From Vicugna vicugna (Eukaryota), in the NCBI GenBank assembly GCA_013265495.1, contig MU058059.1, positions 3,325,502-3,389,501 of the forward strand: a stretch of 64,000 nucleotides of DNA. The letters are read 5' to 3'. A program made the position numbers and the translations under genes. Shown here piece by piece: positions 1 through 12,065 of this stretch (the first letter of the stretch is position 1; every line of letters begins with the position of its first letter). The notes beneath the pieces were generated by a model. It worked only from the letters and a program-made list of their open reading frames with translations, searched no databases and had not been told where the DNA came from.

Positions 1-189
1 AGTTTCTTTCTTCTCTCTGGAAACTGTTGGTTTCATCTCCTTATCCTTGGTGTGGGTCTTTTTGTACAGGCATTGTGATGGGCACCTTGTGAATCTTTTG
101 GGGCAAAAGGGGGTTTATTTTGAGCTCCAGAATGGAGTATTTCCTTGTATGATTATTTTTATATATAATATCCTCCTCTTTTTTCTGGA

Positions 190-510
190 ACTATAATTAG
201 TAGCCATTCTTATATCATCTTTGGAGAACTGTCTATTCAGAACCAATGCCCATTTTTTAAGTTGGCTTATTTGTCTCTTTATTGTTGGGTTATGAGAGTT
301 CTTTATATATTCTGGATACAAGACCCTTGTCAGGTACATGACACCCAAGTAATTTCTCGCATTTCATCGGTTGTCTTTTCAGTCTACACATATACTTCTT
401 TTCTTAAATTTATTCATAGGTATTTTATTTTTGATGTTGTGATAAATGGAAGTGTTTTCTTAATTTTATTTTCAGACTGTCATTGCTTGTATGTAGTGCT
501 GTAGATCTTA
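190..510 (-). mobile_element. Old L1 ORF2 fragment(s)
   Basis: Antisense ORF2-like text (ggagaactgtctattcag...tatattctggatacaag); minus ORF IKRQISQLKKW...RQFSKDDIRMA. Confidence 0.75.
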
Positions 511-1204
511 AATCTGTTTTCACCTTATTCTGAGAAAGTTCCTTGACTTTACCTTTGAACTCTTTCTACTGAATTTTCAAATTTTAGCAGTAGTTTTTAA
601 GTTTCACCTCTCATTTTCTGCTGGTTAGTTTTTCATATTAACACTTTTACTTGGTTTTAAATCCACTATTTTCTGAGATGTCTCTGAGGATACTTACTGG
701 AAGTTTTATTGATGGAGATGGAGGTGAGTCCCTCCCTCACCTCCTCATTCTGTTACCTGAATTTTTCTTCTGAGATTTTTTTCTTTTAATTTCTATCTCT
801 TGCATGTGGGAGGCTTTCCTCAGATGTCTGGTACTCCTTGTTCGTCCATTATAGTTAAGAATGAGGCAGTAAAGCCGTGTTTGTGAGCGGGGCTGGCGGG
901 ACTGATGCACAGACTGGAGGGTGTCACCTGGGGGGCAGGGAAGCCCTTGATGCTTTGAAATGTTCTCTGTTCTGAGGCTGATCATTTTCCTGAACAGAAG
1001 GGTTTGGCTTGGTCGTTATGAATGGCTGGTTTTCTTGCTGTGGTTAAGGTGGGTGGTGGGTTGGTAGCTACCTCATTCTTGTCTTTGCAGCCTGGCGCTG
1101 GGGGGTCAGGGGGGCGACTGCTCTGTTAGAAACTTGCACTCGGATGCCCTCTTTTATTCCTGTTCTCTATAGGTGGAGAGCAGATTGACTGTTGGGTTTC
1201 ATGT

Positions 1205-1362
1205 GCCAGGAATTGTTAACTGGGGTCCTTGGACCTCTTAAAGGGGATCCCCAGAATTATATTCAAGTTTGCACATGTACAGTTTTGTGGGAGAGAAGTC
1301 CATACCTTTCAGGAGGGTCTCAAAGTGGTCGGTGCCCTTGAAACAGTGAAGAATTGCCAGGC
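1205..1362. mobile_element. hAT-Charlie (MER103-like) DNA transposon remnant
   Basis: Recalled pattern: ttaactggggtcc...gggagagaagtccatacctttcag...tctcaaag...gtgaagaattgccag. Confidence 0.4.
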
Positions 1363-3807
1363 TTTGCTTCCCATCACACATACTGAGTTCTCACAACTCT
1401 GCCTCCACATTCAGCAGAATCTACGGCACGCTGGCATCTTGGATGACAGTGATAGCTCTTCTCCTTAAACTTACAGGAGAGCATGCACAGAGGTGGAGGT
1501 GGGGGACGGGTGCCTGGAGGAGGCAGTGCTGGAAAGGTGTGAAGGGGCTGCCCTCTCAGACGGAGTTTGGGGTTCCTTCCTGCTCGGAACATCCATGGTG
1601 TAGAAACGATGTACTGTGAGGATAAGTTAGAACATGTTTACGTGGAGCCCTCGGCAACTCATGAAATAACTAAATTTAAAACATTTTCCCTGGAAGCTCA
1701 TGGTTGTGTAAATATTTTTTACCAGCGTGGTCGCAAGGCGGCACAGTCATCCCTGCTACTCAGACAAGTTGCTACGTGTGAGGGTGGTCCCTAGGTAAAT
1801 ATTTATTTTGTGCTTCTGACAGGAAAGAAACCTAGTTTTAAACATCAGGAAAGTAAAATTGTCACCCTGGTGTATTCCTTTGCTCATATAACGCGTGGTT
1901 TAGCTGTCCTGTTCCAGGGGAAAATGGGAATGCAGGACTTTGCTTTAAAGAAGACCTTCACTTGTTTTTTTCTTCTGCTTCTGTGAAAAGAACATTTAAA
2001 ATTTGGATCAATATTATGCTTACACCCCAGAAATCTCAAAACCCATTTTAGCTAATATTTATGGTCTTGTTTAGGATGATATAAATGTTATGTTTCATGA
2101 AAATATTCAAACTTAGGGTCAGAGATCATTGGTGCATTCTTCTAGCACTGCACTGGTTATCTGAATATCTAGTGCTTTTATGTACTAAATCAACAGTCTG
2201 CTTTTTTATTCTAAAAATCAATTTAACTAGTAAATAAATCTTAGATTATCTGAAATAAGCTGGGATTTGAAAATAATTTCTCATTAATACTGTTTTTTTT
2301 TAAAATTTATTTTGCTCTAAGTTAAAACTATAAATAGTTCAGATAACTTCAGGACTTTCTTAACCACAGTAAACTAAAAAATTAACTTTTTCCTTAATCA
2401 GTGCTGATTAAATTCCACATTAGTTTCTTGCTGAAGTTATGATTGGTCAATAGCATAGTAATATTGTGGTGTATAATACACAGTGTTCCCTCTTTCCTCT
2501 TACAAACGTTCCCTCATTTTCCGGTAGTGTTTTTCCTCTTCTTTCTACTTCCCTGCTCTTAAAATTGTGGCTCTAACTTACTCTCGTCCTGTTTTGCTTC
2601 AGTTAACACCTTATGAAAATCTTTGAGATTAATGCCCAGAAGTAGTGAGTCAGAGCTGATACAGTTTAAGGGAAGAGTAAGTCATTTCCCTTCAGGTGTC
2701 AGCAGTTGGAATAGCTAGAAGAAGAGAGGGCTAGAATAGAAGTGTGTAAGTGGGGACTGAAATGTGCTTTCACTGGCTATTTCACCTGCTGAATTATTAT
2801 ATTAAAACAAAGATGAGGATTTCATTTGGACACTTGGAAGTTTTCAGATACGTGTTTTAATAGGGAGGATAGTAGAACAGCCCCCCATTTGCCCATCGCT
2901 CCGCGTCAACAGTGATCAGCGTGTGGCCAGTCCAGTCTCACCCATGCCTACCCTCGCTTCACCCCGCGTGGCGTATTGTAAAGAAACGCGCTGGTGCGCT
3001 TTGACAGGAAGCAGAGTTAAAATCTCGTTACTAGGTTTATATGAGGGATGGGCGCCATTTGATGTATTTTAGTAGTTCCTGTGTATACATGAACTTGTAT
3101 GCTGATTTATGTAGCTAAAAGGATAAATTCTGTTTTCCATGATGTCAGTGTGTTTCACTTAAATTTATTTTGTTTTCAAGGCAAAAGTTTGCCAGTTAGT
3201 TAGAATTCATAAAGAATGACATGGTGATGAAATTCAGTTTAGATATTTCTGTCCCGAGTTTGAAAGTCTGTCTTATGTCCTCCTTAAAGAGCATGAATGT
3301 ATCAAAACAGATTCATTGTAACTAACATAATTATAATTTTGTTTATTCTTTTGAATAAAGGCTGATTGAGGATGTGTTGTTTCATATATTTGTTTTTAAA
3401 TAGCCGTTTGACCTAAGTAAGGGTTGTGAAAGCAGTGTCAGCCCAGTAATGCCTTGCTGGTTGTGGATTCTCACACAGTGTTCATTTTCATAGTTACCTG
3501 TATTCTTACATTCCTGGGGTTTTAGGTCAAGATATTATAAATACTTACAGTTTGTTTCATTTAATGTTTAAGGGCCTCAGTTTGTGTTTTTGAGTGTCTT
3601 ATCTTTTTTCTTGTACAAAATTAAAGTGGATCTTAAGAAGTCCTTCTACCTAAATATTTAAATATTTATTTGCCATTAAAAAATTTTTTTTGTATTCAGA
3701 GGGAATCCACAAAATACCTAGAAGTAAAAAAAGGAAAGTACATCATTTATAGTCCTATTTTCCAAACACAGACTGCTCATACTATTTTGACACAGTCCTG
3801 TCTAGAT

Positions 3808-3855
3808 TTTTATTCTATGTTTAGGTGTTAAAAGTCACCTAAACATAGAATAAAA
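3808..3855. repeat. Perfect 20-bp inverted repeat with 8-nt spacer
   Basis: ttttattctatgtttaggtg-ttaaaagt-cacctaaacatagaataaaa. Confidence 0.95.
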
Positions 3856-4149
3856 GTAGTATATTATATATTTTTCACTAGCATTGTTTTATGTTTCTTT
3901 GCTTTAAAAAAAGTATTTTTGTTAATTTAGAGAAGTTTAGTTTTAGCTTGAAAATAGAAAAGAGAAATGTATTTTCAGAATTAGAACTATCTCTGCATTA
4001 CTTTCTTTAATACCAGTTTACATTTATATAAAGCTTTATATTTTTCAATTCAGATTTGTTGAAATAATAGATTTATGGACCACAGTGTACCGTACTGTTC
4101 TTTCAAAGATGAGATAAGGTAGTCCCTGATCTCCCAAAGTGTTTTTGGG

Positions 4150-4670
4150 GTCAGATTTATTGAGGTATAATTCACATACAATACCTTTCACTCTTTTTAG
4201 GTGTACAGTTCGGTGGTTTTTTAACAAACACATGCCCGTGTAACTACCACCACGTCCAAGACAGGGAACATTCTCTTCACCCTGGGAAGCGCCTTCCTGC
4301 CCCAGGGTAGTCAGGGGCAGCCTTCTCCCCAGCCCGCCTCCTCTCCACCACTGCCTGATCTTTGTCTCTATAATTTCACCTTTTCCAGAATGTCTTATAG
4401 CAGAATCGTACAGAGTCTGGCTGGCTTCTTCCAGTGAGCATAAGGCTTCTGAGCCTGACCCGAGTGGCTGCGTGTGTCGGGAGTGGCTGAGCAGCGTTCT
4501 GTTGTGTGGATGTGCCACGTTGCTTCCTCTCTTCACCGGCTGATGGACATGGCTTGTTTCCAGATTTTGATGATTATGAATGAAATGATTTACTTTCGTG
4601 TGTAGGTCTTTGTGTAGGGGGATGTTTTCATTTCGTCTGAGTGAATAACCAGGAGTGGGATTGCTGGGCC
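4150..4670 (-). mobile_element. L1M (L1MB/ME-like) 3' end
   Basis: tttattgaggtataattcacatacaat...gtaactaccacc...aggagtgggattgctggg, typical antisense L1 3' UTR. Confidence 0.8.
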
Positions 4671-5939
4671 ACCAAGCGTCCGAAAAGCTGAGGCCTGGTG
4701 TGACGTGCCGCAGTCCATGGGCTCAGACTTGATTCCACATCCTTTAAATCCAAGTCACCTGCTGACTGCTAGACTGTATATTGTTTTCAGTGATGGTATT
4801 TCCCTGTTTTAACAACAGTGCTGACAAAAATCTCTCAGATTTTGCAGCAGTTAAAGAATGGAAATATTTATCAGTAACTAAAAATCAGAATACAAATACA
4901 GTTTTTCCTCAAGATGTTAGTTTCTGTCTCTGGTCTGGAAATTTGAAAGTTTGTAAAATTTATTTTGACTCTTACAATCTAGGCTTAGTCTTAGATGAAT
5001 AATAGCCCCCCCCCGATTTATTTTGTGTAGAGAAGTAAGATCGCACCAGGACCATAGTCATATAGAGAGTAAGATTTTTGATTAAAGTTGAATGAAAATT
5101 ATATAAAATCTATCTTCTGGTGTAAAAAAATTTGAAAATCTGTTATTTTCAAGATTTTCACTAATACAAATATAGTAAAATACATTTTAAATGATAAGAC
5201 TCTTCCCACAAGTTTTCATCCTGCCAGGTTTTCATTTCCTACAAGCTTTCTAAGCAGATTGTCAAGGTATCCCTGAGCACTCGTGCTGGTCAACGCAGGA
5301 TAGCCCGAATGTACAAGTTTCTGTTTTCCATTTAGTGTAGTTTTAATTTTTCCTGTCATAGATTTGCTGAGCGGTGTGACGACCACGCTGTAAGAACGTC
5401 TAGCGTGGTCTTCGCCCGGGAGTGGGTGTCTCGGTCCGTGTTCCTCTGGCTCTAACCCACAGAAGCGGTGGGGGCAGGAACAGCCTTGAGTCAGAAGACC
5501 TGACGCTGGAGCCCAGTTGAGTGACCGCTGACGAATCGCTGACCTGCTCCTTCCAGCCTGTCCTCTGTACCAGGAGCAACGCTCGCACTATTCCCTGAGA
5601 CTTGCAGACTAGGGAGGCAGATGACATGGTCATTAACTGGCTGAAGCGAAGGAAGAATTAGGATTAAATTCCGACTCACTGGTTTGGCAGCTCGTAGCCC
5701 GTGATACTTACTTTACCTTTGCAAACAGTGGTTAAACTTGGGCCATAGCACTTGTGGTTGTGTTGAGGTGCTGAGAGTGAAAGACATAATGATGCCTGAA
5801 CGAGTAGCTCTGTTTAATTATGGGCTCTGTCTCTCTAAGAAAGTAATAACTATGATTATTGACATGCTAACCTAATAAGAAATAAGCTTTATATTCCTCA
5901 TTTCGGTGTTTAAAAAGCAGGAATGTCTATCCAAAACTG

Positions 5940-6090
5940 GGGTCAAATCTCAGGCACTTACTAATTGAGTGTGTATGAACTTCCTAACCTTATATGAAAA
6001 TGAATATAAACAATGCCTTGATAAAGGCTTTATGAGCTTCAAGATAATGCATATAAAACACTTACCATGGTGCCTGTTAGTATTAAATAA
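5940..6090 (+). mobile_element. MIR SINE remnant
   Basis: gggtcaaatctcag...acttactaattg...aagataatgcatataaaacactta, MIR core-like. Confidence 0.55.
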
Positions 6091-8084
6091 AACCCGCTTA
6101 GGACCTTGCGGGGAGGTGGCGGCAGGGAGTAAGTGGAAGCCCTGGGTTGATCTTTCTTCTGCGCTCTGCGAGCTTTGTGTTTGGCTGTGACCACACGCTC
6201 TTCTGACTGAGCAGTCCTCAAGGTGAGTCGTGGGGAGGCTGGTGCAATGAATAGCCCGTCCACACCAGAATCCCATGTCTCAGCACAACCTTTCCAGATA
6301 AGAAGGGAGACTTTGAAGTAATAGTAAAATGGAAGGTGGTAATGGTGATGAAGAATGGAAACACGGAGAAGGTGTGAAGGAGATGAAGAACTGAAAACCT
6401 GCTTCTGAATTTTGGTGCACAGGACGTTCTGTTACACAGCTGTTAAGTTATGTTGGCAGATGTTCACAACGGGGCAATGCTTGCTTTTTAAGTCAGGAGG
6501 GCATGCGGTCATTCTGTTAGGAATGCACAGGAACATACCAAGCAGGCGGAGTTGGGGTGTTTTCTCCTTTTACTCCAGTCGATGTTCTTCAAAGTCTTTT
6601 ATAATTAAAAAAAAAGCTTTAAAAAATTTAAAGCGTCCCTTTTATCTTGACTGTAGCCTCTTTAGCAAAGCCATTCTAGTTATAGAAGATTCATTTTATC
6701 CTTATAACTATAACAACTAAAGTAAAGGTTTCTTTTTAAGTGTCTTGAAGAAAAGATTCTACTTAATTTAAATGGAGTGATTTTTTTATGTTCTTCTGTG
6801 ATCCTCGATTCTTCACAATTACATTTTTTTCTGTTGCATTTCCTGTACTTGAGTTCAAATCACCTTGAAATGTTTTTTTACATTTAGAAACAATCATCCC
6901 AACCACAGGATGCTTGCTGTCAAAAAAATTAAAGTATACATTTCCAGATGTGTTTATGACCAAACATTATTCAGTAATGTGATTCTGAAAGACATATAAA
7001 GGGAATAGAAAAGAATGGATTGCTTGGTGAGCTACACATGGTTGTTATAATTTATAATTATTTACACATAGAAATTCATTGTTTCCTAGAAACAAAGCAA
7101 ATCCTTTCCACACATTTTTGTTCTCTAGATTTGCAGTGAGCTTTTTGAGATCCTAAATGCCATCTCTTAACTTTGCCTGTGTATTATTTTTCTCCTGAAA
7201 AGTGAGAAGTTTAACGTGTAATGCTGACGGAAAGGTTGGTTTGAGGATCTCATTTGCATTATTTTCCAGTGTCCTGGAAAGAATGCTAGCATGAATTTTG
7301 AAGAATGCAAGTAATTTGATACATTTTGAGACTTAATTACTCAGTAAAATTTCATAGTTTATGAGATCAAATTTGTTTGATTGAGACAAAAATTTTTCCA
7401 TCTATTCTGTAGTAGTAAGATGAAAAGAAAATATTAGGTAGCATATTGTTCGTTGGCATTCAACCAGTTTTAGCAGTAGTTTTTACCAGTAAAGTCTTTG
7501 CCCTGGATTTTTGTCTAATAGTATAGTAATAAAGCCCGTCTTTAAGTCGCTTCTCCCTGTCTCTGCTGGCTGCAGCTGCTCGCTTTGTATTCCATCAGTA
7601 AATTAAAAATCATTAATTTTTGTTACTGAGTGCACTCTTCTGTCACACTGGCATGTAAAAGTGCAGCTCAGGCATCTGTTAAGAGGGTGTGAAATATATT
7701 TAATCTTGAGGGCTGGATGATCCAGGCAACTTCAAGCAACTTTTAATAGCCTTAGTGTTAACCTTCCGTTAGTCAGCAGTAACATGATGTCATCATCCGC
7801 CCTTTCATTCCAGTTTAAAGCACTGCACAAAGACCTGACAGTAAAAGGCATAATGAACACTTTAAAGATGGAAGCCATTAAACTGACATGCATTTATTTA
7901 GCATAATATACAGTAATTTATTTAACAAGCTACCATTTGAAAGGTGTGATAGGAAAAAGGAGAGACATATTCTTTGACTAAATGTGTTACTTTCCTAATT
8001 TGTTTCTCCTGAGCTACGTGGATAATGTAAATACACACAACCAGGATAGCAAAAGGATATTTTCTTTGGGTAATGTAATTAAAA

Positions 8085-8484
8085 TTTGCTTCTGTGGGTC
8101 GGCAGTTTGGGCCTGTATCCTCTGGGTGGGTTTTCTGGGCTCATTCCTGCGTCTGTTGTCAGCTGCTGGTTGGCTGGAGGCTGGCCTGGGATGGCTTCAG
8201 ATGGACCAACTTGTCTCCGTGGCCTTCTCCTAGGCTTCACATGACAGCTGGCCAAAGTTCTAGGAGAAAGAGTGGAAACTAGACCTCTTGAAGCCCAGAC
8301 TCAGAACTGACACAAAATCACTTCCACCAAATTCTGTTAATCAAAGCAGGTTTCAAGATCACTTCTATTCAAGGGGTCTGGAAATAGACCCTACTCTTGA
8401 TCAGAGGAGCTGCAAAGTTACATTGCAAAGAGGGCGACATGTGGAGGGGAGTATTTGCCACCTTCTTTATAAATAGGCTGCCAC
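8085..8484. mobile_element. MaLR (MLT1-type) LTR remnant
   Basis: tgtgggtc...tttggg...cagaactgacacaaaatcacttccaccaaattctgtt...attcaagggg...ctcttgat...gctgccaca. Confidence 0.65.
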
Positions 8485-8964
8485 ACCAAGACACTGTTCT
8501 AATGTACTGTAAATCAATAAGAAGAGTTTTTGAAAGGTGCTTTATTCACACTTTACATATTGAGAAACCACAGCTCCCACACTACAAGTTGGTTGGCTGT
8601 GCATTGAGATTAATTTGGACAGTGAATGTAAAAGCTGGAAAGTAGGTTTTGTTCTTGTGCTGAGTTATTTTTTGAGGTAGTAGAGGGGTCAAGTTATGGG
8701 TTATAAAGTAAATGTTTTTATTTTGTTTCAAAATAAGAGAAAAGTATCCAAAATACATTCCCTGAAAGTGTCCAAAAGAAAATACAAATTTTTTTGACAT
8801 TGTTGATATTTATGTTTCTGCAAATAGTCAGTGATGAATTAAAAATTGTGCCAAGAGTAAATTAGTATGAATGCAAATATTATGGAGGTTTTTACTGCAA
8901 AAATGTAACAATTTTTAATACAGTTATTTGGAATTTTAAGTTTGAACTTCTGTCTCATTTCTAG

Positions 8965-9064
8965 GAGCTCTGCCAGTGCCGACCTGGAGAAGGAAATTGT
9001 TCCTGCTGTAAGGAGTGTATGCTGTGTCTTGGGACCCTTTGGGATGAGTGCTGTGATTGCGTCG
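8965..9064 (+). CDS. TWSG1: TWSG1 (twisted gastrulation BMP modulator) internal coding exon (exon 3); upstream coding exon lies outside the window
   Basis: ttctag|GAG...GTCG|gtaagt; translates [33 protein letters not shown](G), the N-terminal Cys-rich Tsg domain; phase 1 end matches next exon. Confidence 0.97.
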
Positions 9065-9589
9065 GTAAGTTGACGTATGATAAAGTTTTCTAATATTTCT
9101 TATCACGGAACCCTTGACTTTAAAGAGACTGTAAAGAATATAAATGTGTTTATCTGTGTCTAAGATAGAGTAGGTGTATAGATTACATTTGCTTGTACTG
9201 AATACTGTTTACATATGTATATATATTTTTTATTTCTATAGAAAAGTTCTGGGAGGAAATTAAAAGTGCTTATTCTTGGGAAGTAGGAGTGGAGGAACAT
9301 GCAGAGGGCTTTACTCTTTATATTTAATTTTTCTATCCTGCTGATTGTTTTCCTTTTCCAGTTTTATTAAGTAGAATCACTAGTGTGCCTGTGCAGATAC
9401 ATTATATCACATGTAAATACGTGTGTACAATAGGCTGTGCACAGTTTTTTCAGTTTGCATGTGTGTGCTGATCATTGTTTCTAAGAACAGATTAATGCGG
9501 TAATCCAGTCATAAGGGACTCATAAAAAAGTTCCTGTTTTATTCACAGGGTGGTAATCCCAGTACTGTCGTTTATTTTAGTGTTAAAGT

Positions 9590-9880
9590 CATCAGTTTGG
9601 CCAGTGGGAGCCCCTTCGGGTTGCTCCTGTGTCTTTTCAACATGTCCTCTCGCTCACTGATCACTTCCTTCCTTTCTGGTACAGATAAGTGTTCTGGGGT
9701 CATTTTGTGCTTTCCCTGTCCCAGCCCTGGAGTCAGTCTTTTCTCCGAGGAGCTCTGTTCCTCTTAGCCAAGGATAGGCATTTGGAAAACAAAGCCTGGG
9801 CACTCGGTGTGCTTGATGCTGCACAGTGTCACCAACTGCAAGTCCTCTCAGCGAAAAAGCTAGGAAGGTATCTGTGTAAT
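9590..9880 (-). mobile_element. L1MC-type 3' end remnant
   Basis: ttggccagtgggagccccttc...cacttccttcctttctgg...ccagccctggagtcag...ctgggcactcggtgtgct. Confidence 0.6.
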
Positions 9881-9900
9881 GTTAGAAGGCACCTGGTTTT

Positions 9901-9977
9901 ATATGTGTATATATATTTTTTATTGAAGTGTAGTCAGTTTACAATGTTGTGTCGATTTCTGGTGTACATCATGTTTG
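9901..9977 (-). mobile_element. Tiny 5'-truncated young L1 3' end with 17-bp TSD
   Basis: tttttattgaagtgtagtcagtttacaatgttgtgtc flanked by agaaggcacctg(g/a)tttt at 9884-9900 and 9978-9994. Confidence 0.8.
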
Positions 9978-10092
9978 AGAAGGCACCTGATTTTCATGTG
10001 TTGGGGCTTGGGTTGCAGGCCAGCCCCTAACAACATCTCATGACATTTAAGTCGTGAGAAAAACCTTGATTGTCTTTGCCCCTCCCCCGCAG

Positions 10093-10359
10093 GTATGTGT
10101 AATCCTCGAAATTACAGTGACACACCTCCGACTTCAAAGAGCACTGTGGAGGAGCTTCACGAGCCAATCCCTTCTCTCTTCCGGGCGCTCACGGAAGGAG
10201 ACACTCAGCTGAACTGGAACATCGTCTCCTTCCCTGTTGCAGAAGAACTTTCACATCATGAGAATCTGGTTTCCTTTTTAGAAACTGTGAACCAGCCACA
10301 CCATCAAAATGTGTCTGTTCCCAGCAATAATGTCCACGCACCTTATTCTAGTGACAAAG
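10093..10359 (+). CDS. TWSG1: TWSG1 coding exon 4
   Basis: ccgcag|GT ATG TGT...AAA G|gtaact; (G)MCNPRNYSDTPPTSKSTVEELHEPIPSLFRALTEGD...PYSSDK(E); 267 nt, phase 1-1. Confidence 0.97.
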
Positions 10360-11883
10360 GTAACTGCGGCAGCTGACTTTTCCTCTCTTGCCCCCTTGCT
10401 TTCTGCATGGCCTGTGAAGCGTGCATTAGCATTACCTTTTAGAGCAGCTTCTGTGGTCTTAGGTAAGTTCTAGACTTTCATGCACCCAACTCCTGAGTAG
10501 ACGAGGAGTTGTCCCAGTGCCCTCAGACTCTTGGCGACAGAGGCTGTGTTGCAAAATAGACAACCAGGTTCTAATTCTGATATTTATTTGCATTAGGCTT
10601 TAATGATTCTTTTCATGAGGTAGCAGCAGGGCTGCTCACCTAGCGCAGTGTTGCTTGCTGTCAGGTAACATTCAGAGTGTCAGAGGAGGTCAGGTTTCTG
10701 TGACAGCATTGCTACCACCAGTGATGCCAGGCCAGCAGGTACTCCTCAGTGGGCGCGTTGGGGTTACAGACTCCTGATTTCGGGTAGTAGACTCGCCCCA
10801 GCCAGCTCTCTGTAGGTGAGTCCTGTGGTCAGAAGGGAGCCTCCGTGGAGAGTGGCGGGTGCTTCGTGCTTCTCCGAGTCGCAGTAAGGAACACTTACTA
10901 GTGAGGGCAGGTCACACCTTAACTCTGGAATGTGAAAGGCATGTAACTTTTGTAAGGTCTCTGATGTTTCCAAATAAAAGGCCCCGCACAATTTTACTCT
11001 GAAAGGATAAGGCAGCTGTGAAAATTGCAGTTATTTCCTAACATATGAGGTGAATTATGCATAAACTGTATAATTTGTATTCTTTTTGATCTGGCTTTTT
11101 TGTCGTGCTCTCCATTACAGTCCTGTCTATCTAAAATAGTATGAGCTTTGGCCATCAGTAGTAAAAGCAAACAGCTTTTGTTAATAAAGAGTAAGAATTC
11201 TTAATTCCTCTTAGGCTAAAGTACTTTATAAGACAAATTCTAGATCTTGGAAAACATCAGAAATGTATGGAATGTGTCTTGCTACCATTTTCCCATTATT
11301 AACATGTAAATAATCAACATCATATTAAATAATTGATAAATTTTTCTCAAAGATTATTCAAAGTCATGAATTAATAAGCAGGAAGCTAATTCCTGAAAAC
11401 ACCAGCCGGGGCATTTTCTAACAGCTAATGCTGAATTGTGCTAGCATTGTTAACCACATTGTGTCATTTGAATTACTTAAGGTTATTTTATTTTGTTGTA
11501 TTCTCAGGATAGCTTTAGAACAGTATTTTTCAAACTTCTTTTAGCTGGAGAATTCTCTCCTCAGAGGAATCTTATCAGAAATGCCCAGTTTGGAGCTCCA
11601 AGTACAGCAAATGTTGTTAAGCCCAGGGATCTCCTTTCAGATCAGAGTCTGAAATCTGATGAAATGACGAGGGAAGCCCTTTGTTCTGCAGCCGGAGTGG
11701 GGACTTGCTTCCTTCTCAGCGTGACTAACGACTGTGATCTTTTCCCCACGCCGCACTGGTGTCCTGTGCAGACGGGCAGCAAAGAGCTGAGACAAGTACC
11801 TGTTCATAGTATTCAGCGAGGTATTAAAGCACTTCCTGCTTTTCCTGCTTCCTGTGCTGAAGTCTTCATCGTTTATTTTTCAG

Positions 11884-12065
11884 AACACATGTGTACAGTG
11901 GTTTACTTTGACGACTGCATGTCCATACATCAGTGTAAAATATCCTGCGAGTCCATGGGGGCCTCCAAGTACCGCTGGTTCCACAACGCCTGCTGTGAGT
12001 GCGTTGGCCCGGAGTGCATCGACTACGGCAGTAAAACTGTCAAGTGTATGAACTGCATGTTTTAA
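11884..12065 (+). CDS. TWSG1: TWSG1 last coding exon (exon 5) with stop codon
   Basis: ttttcag|AA CAC ATG; (E)[59 protein letters not shown], the C-terminal Tsg domain. Confidence 0.97.

Noticed and set aside
11493..11883. 130-codon in-frame extension upstream of TWSG1 exon 5
   Set aside because: Non-ATG start and intronic character; the canonical acceptor at 11883 gives the expected protein.
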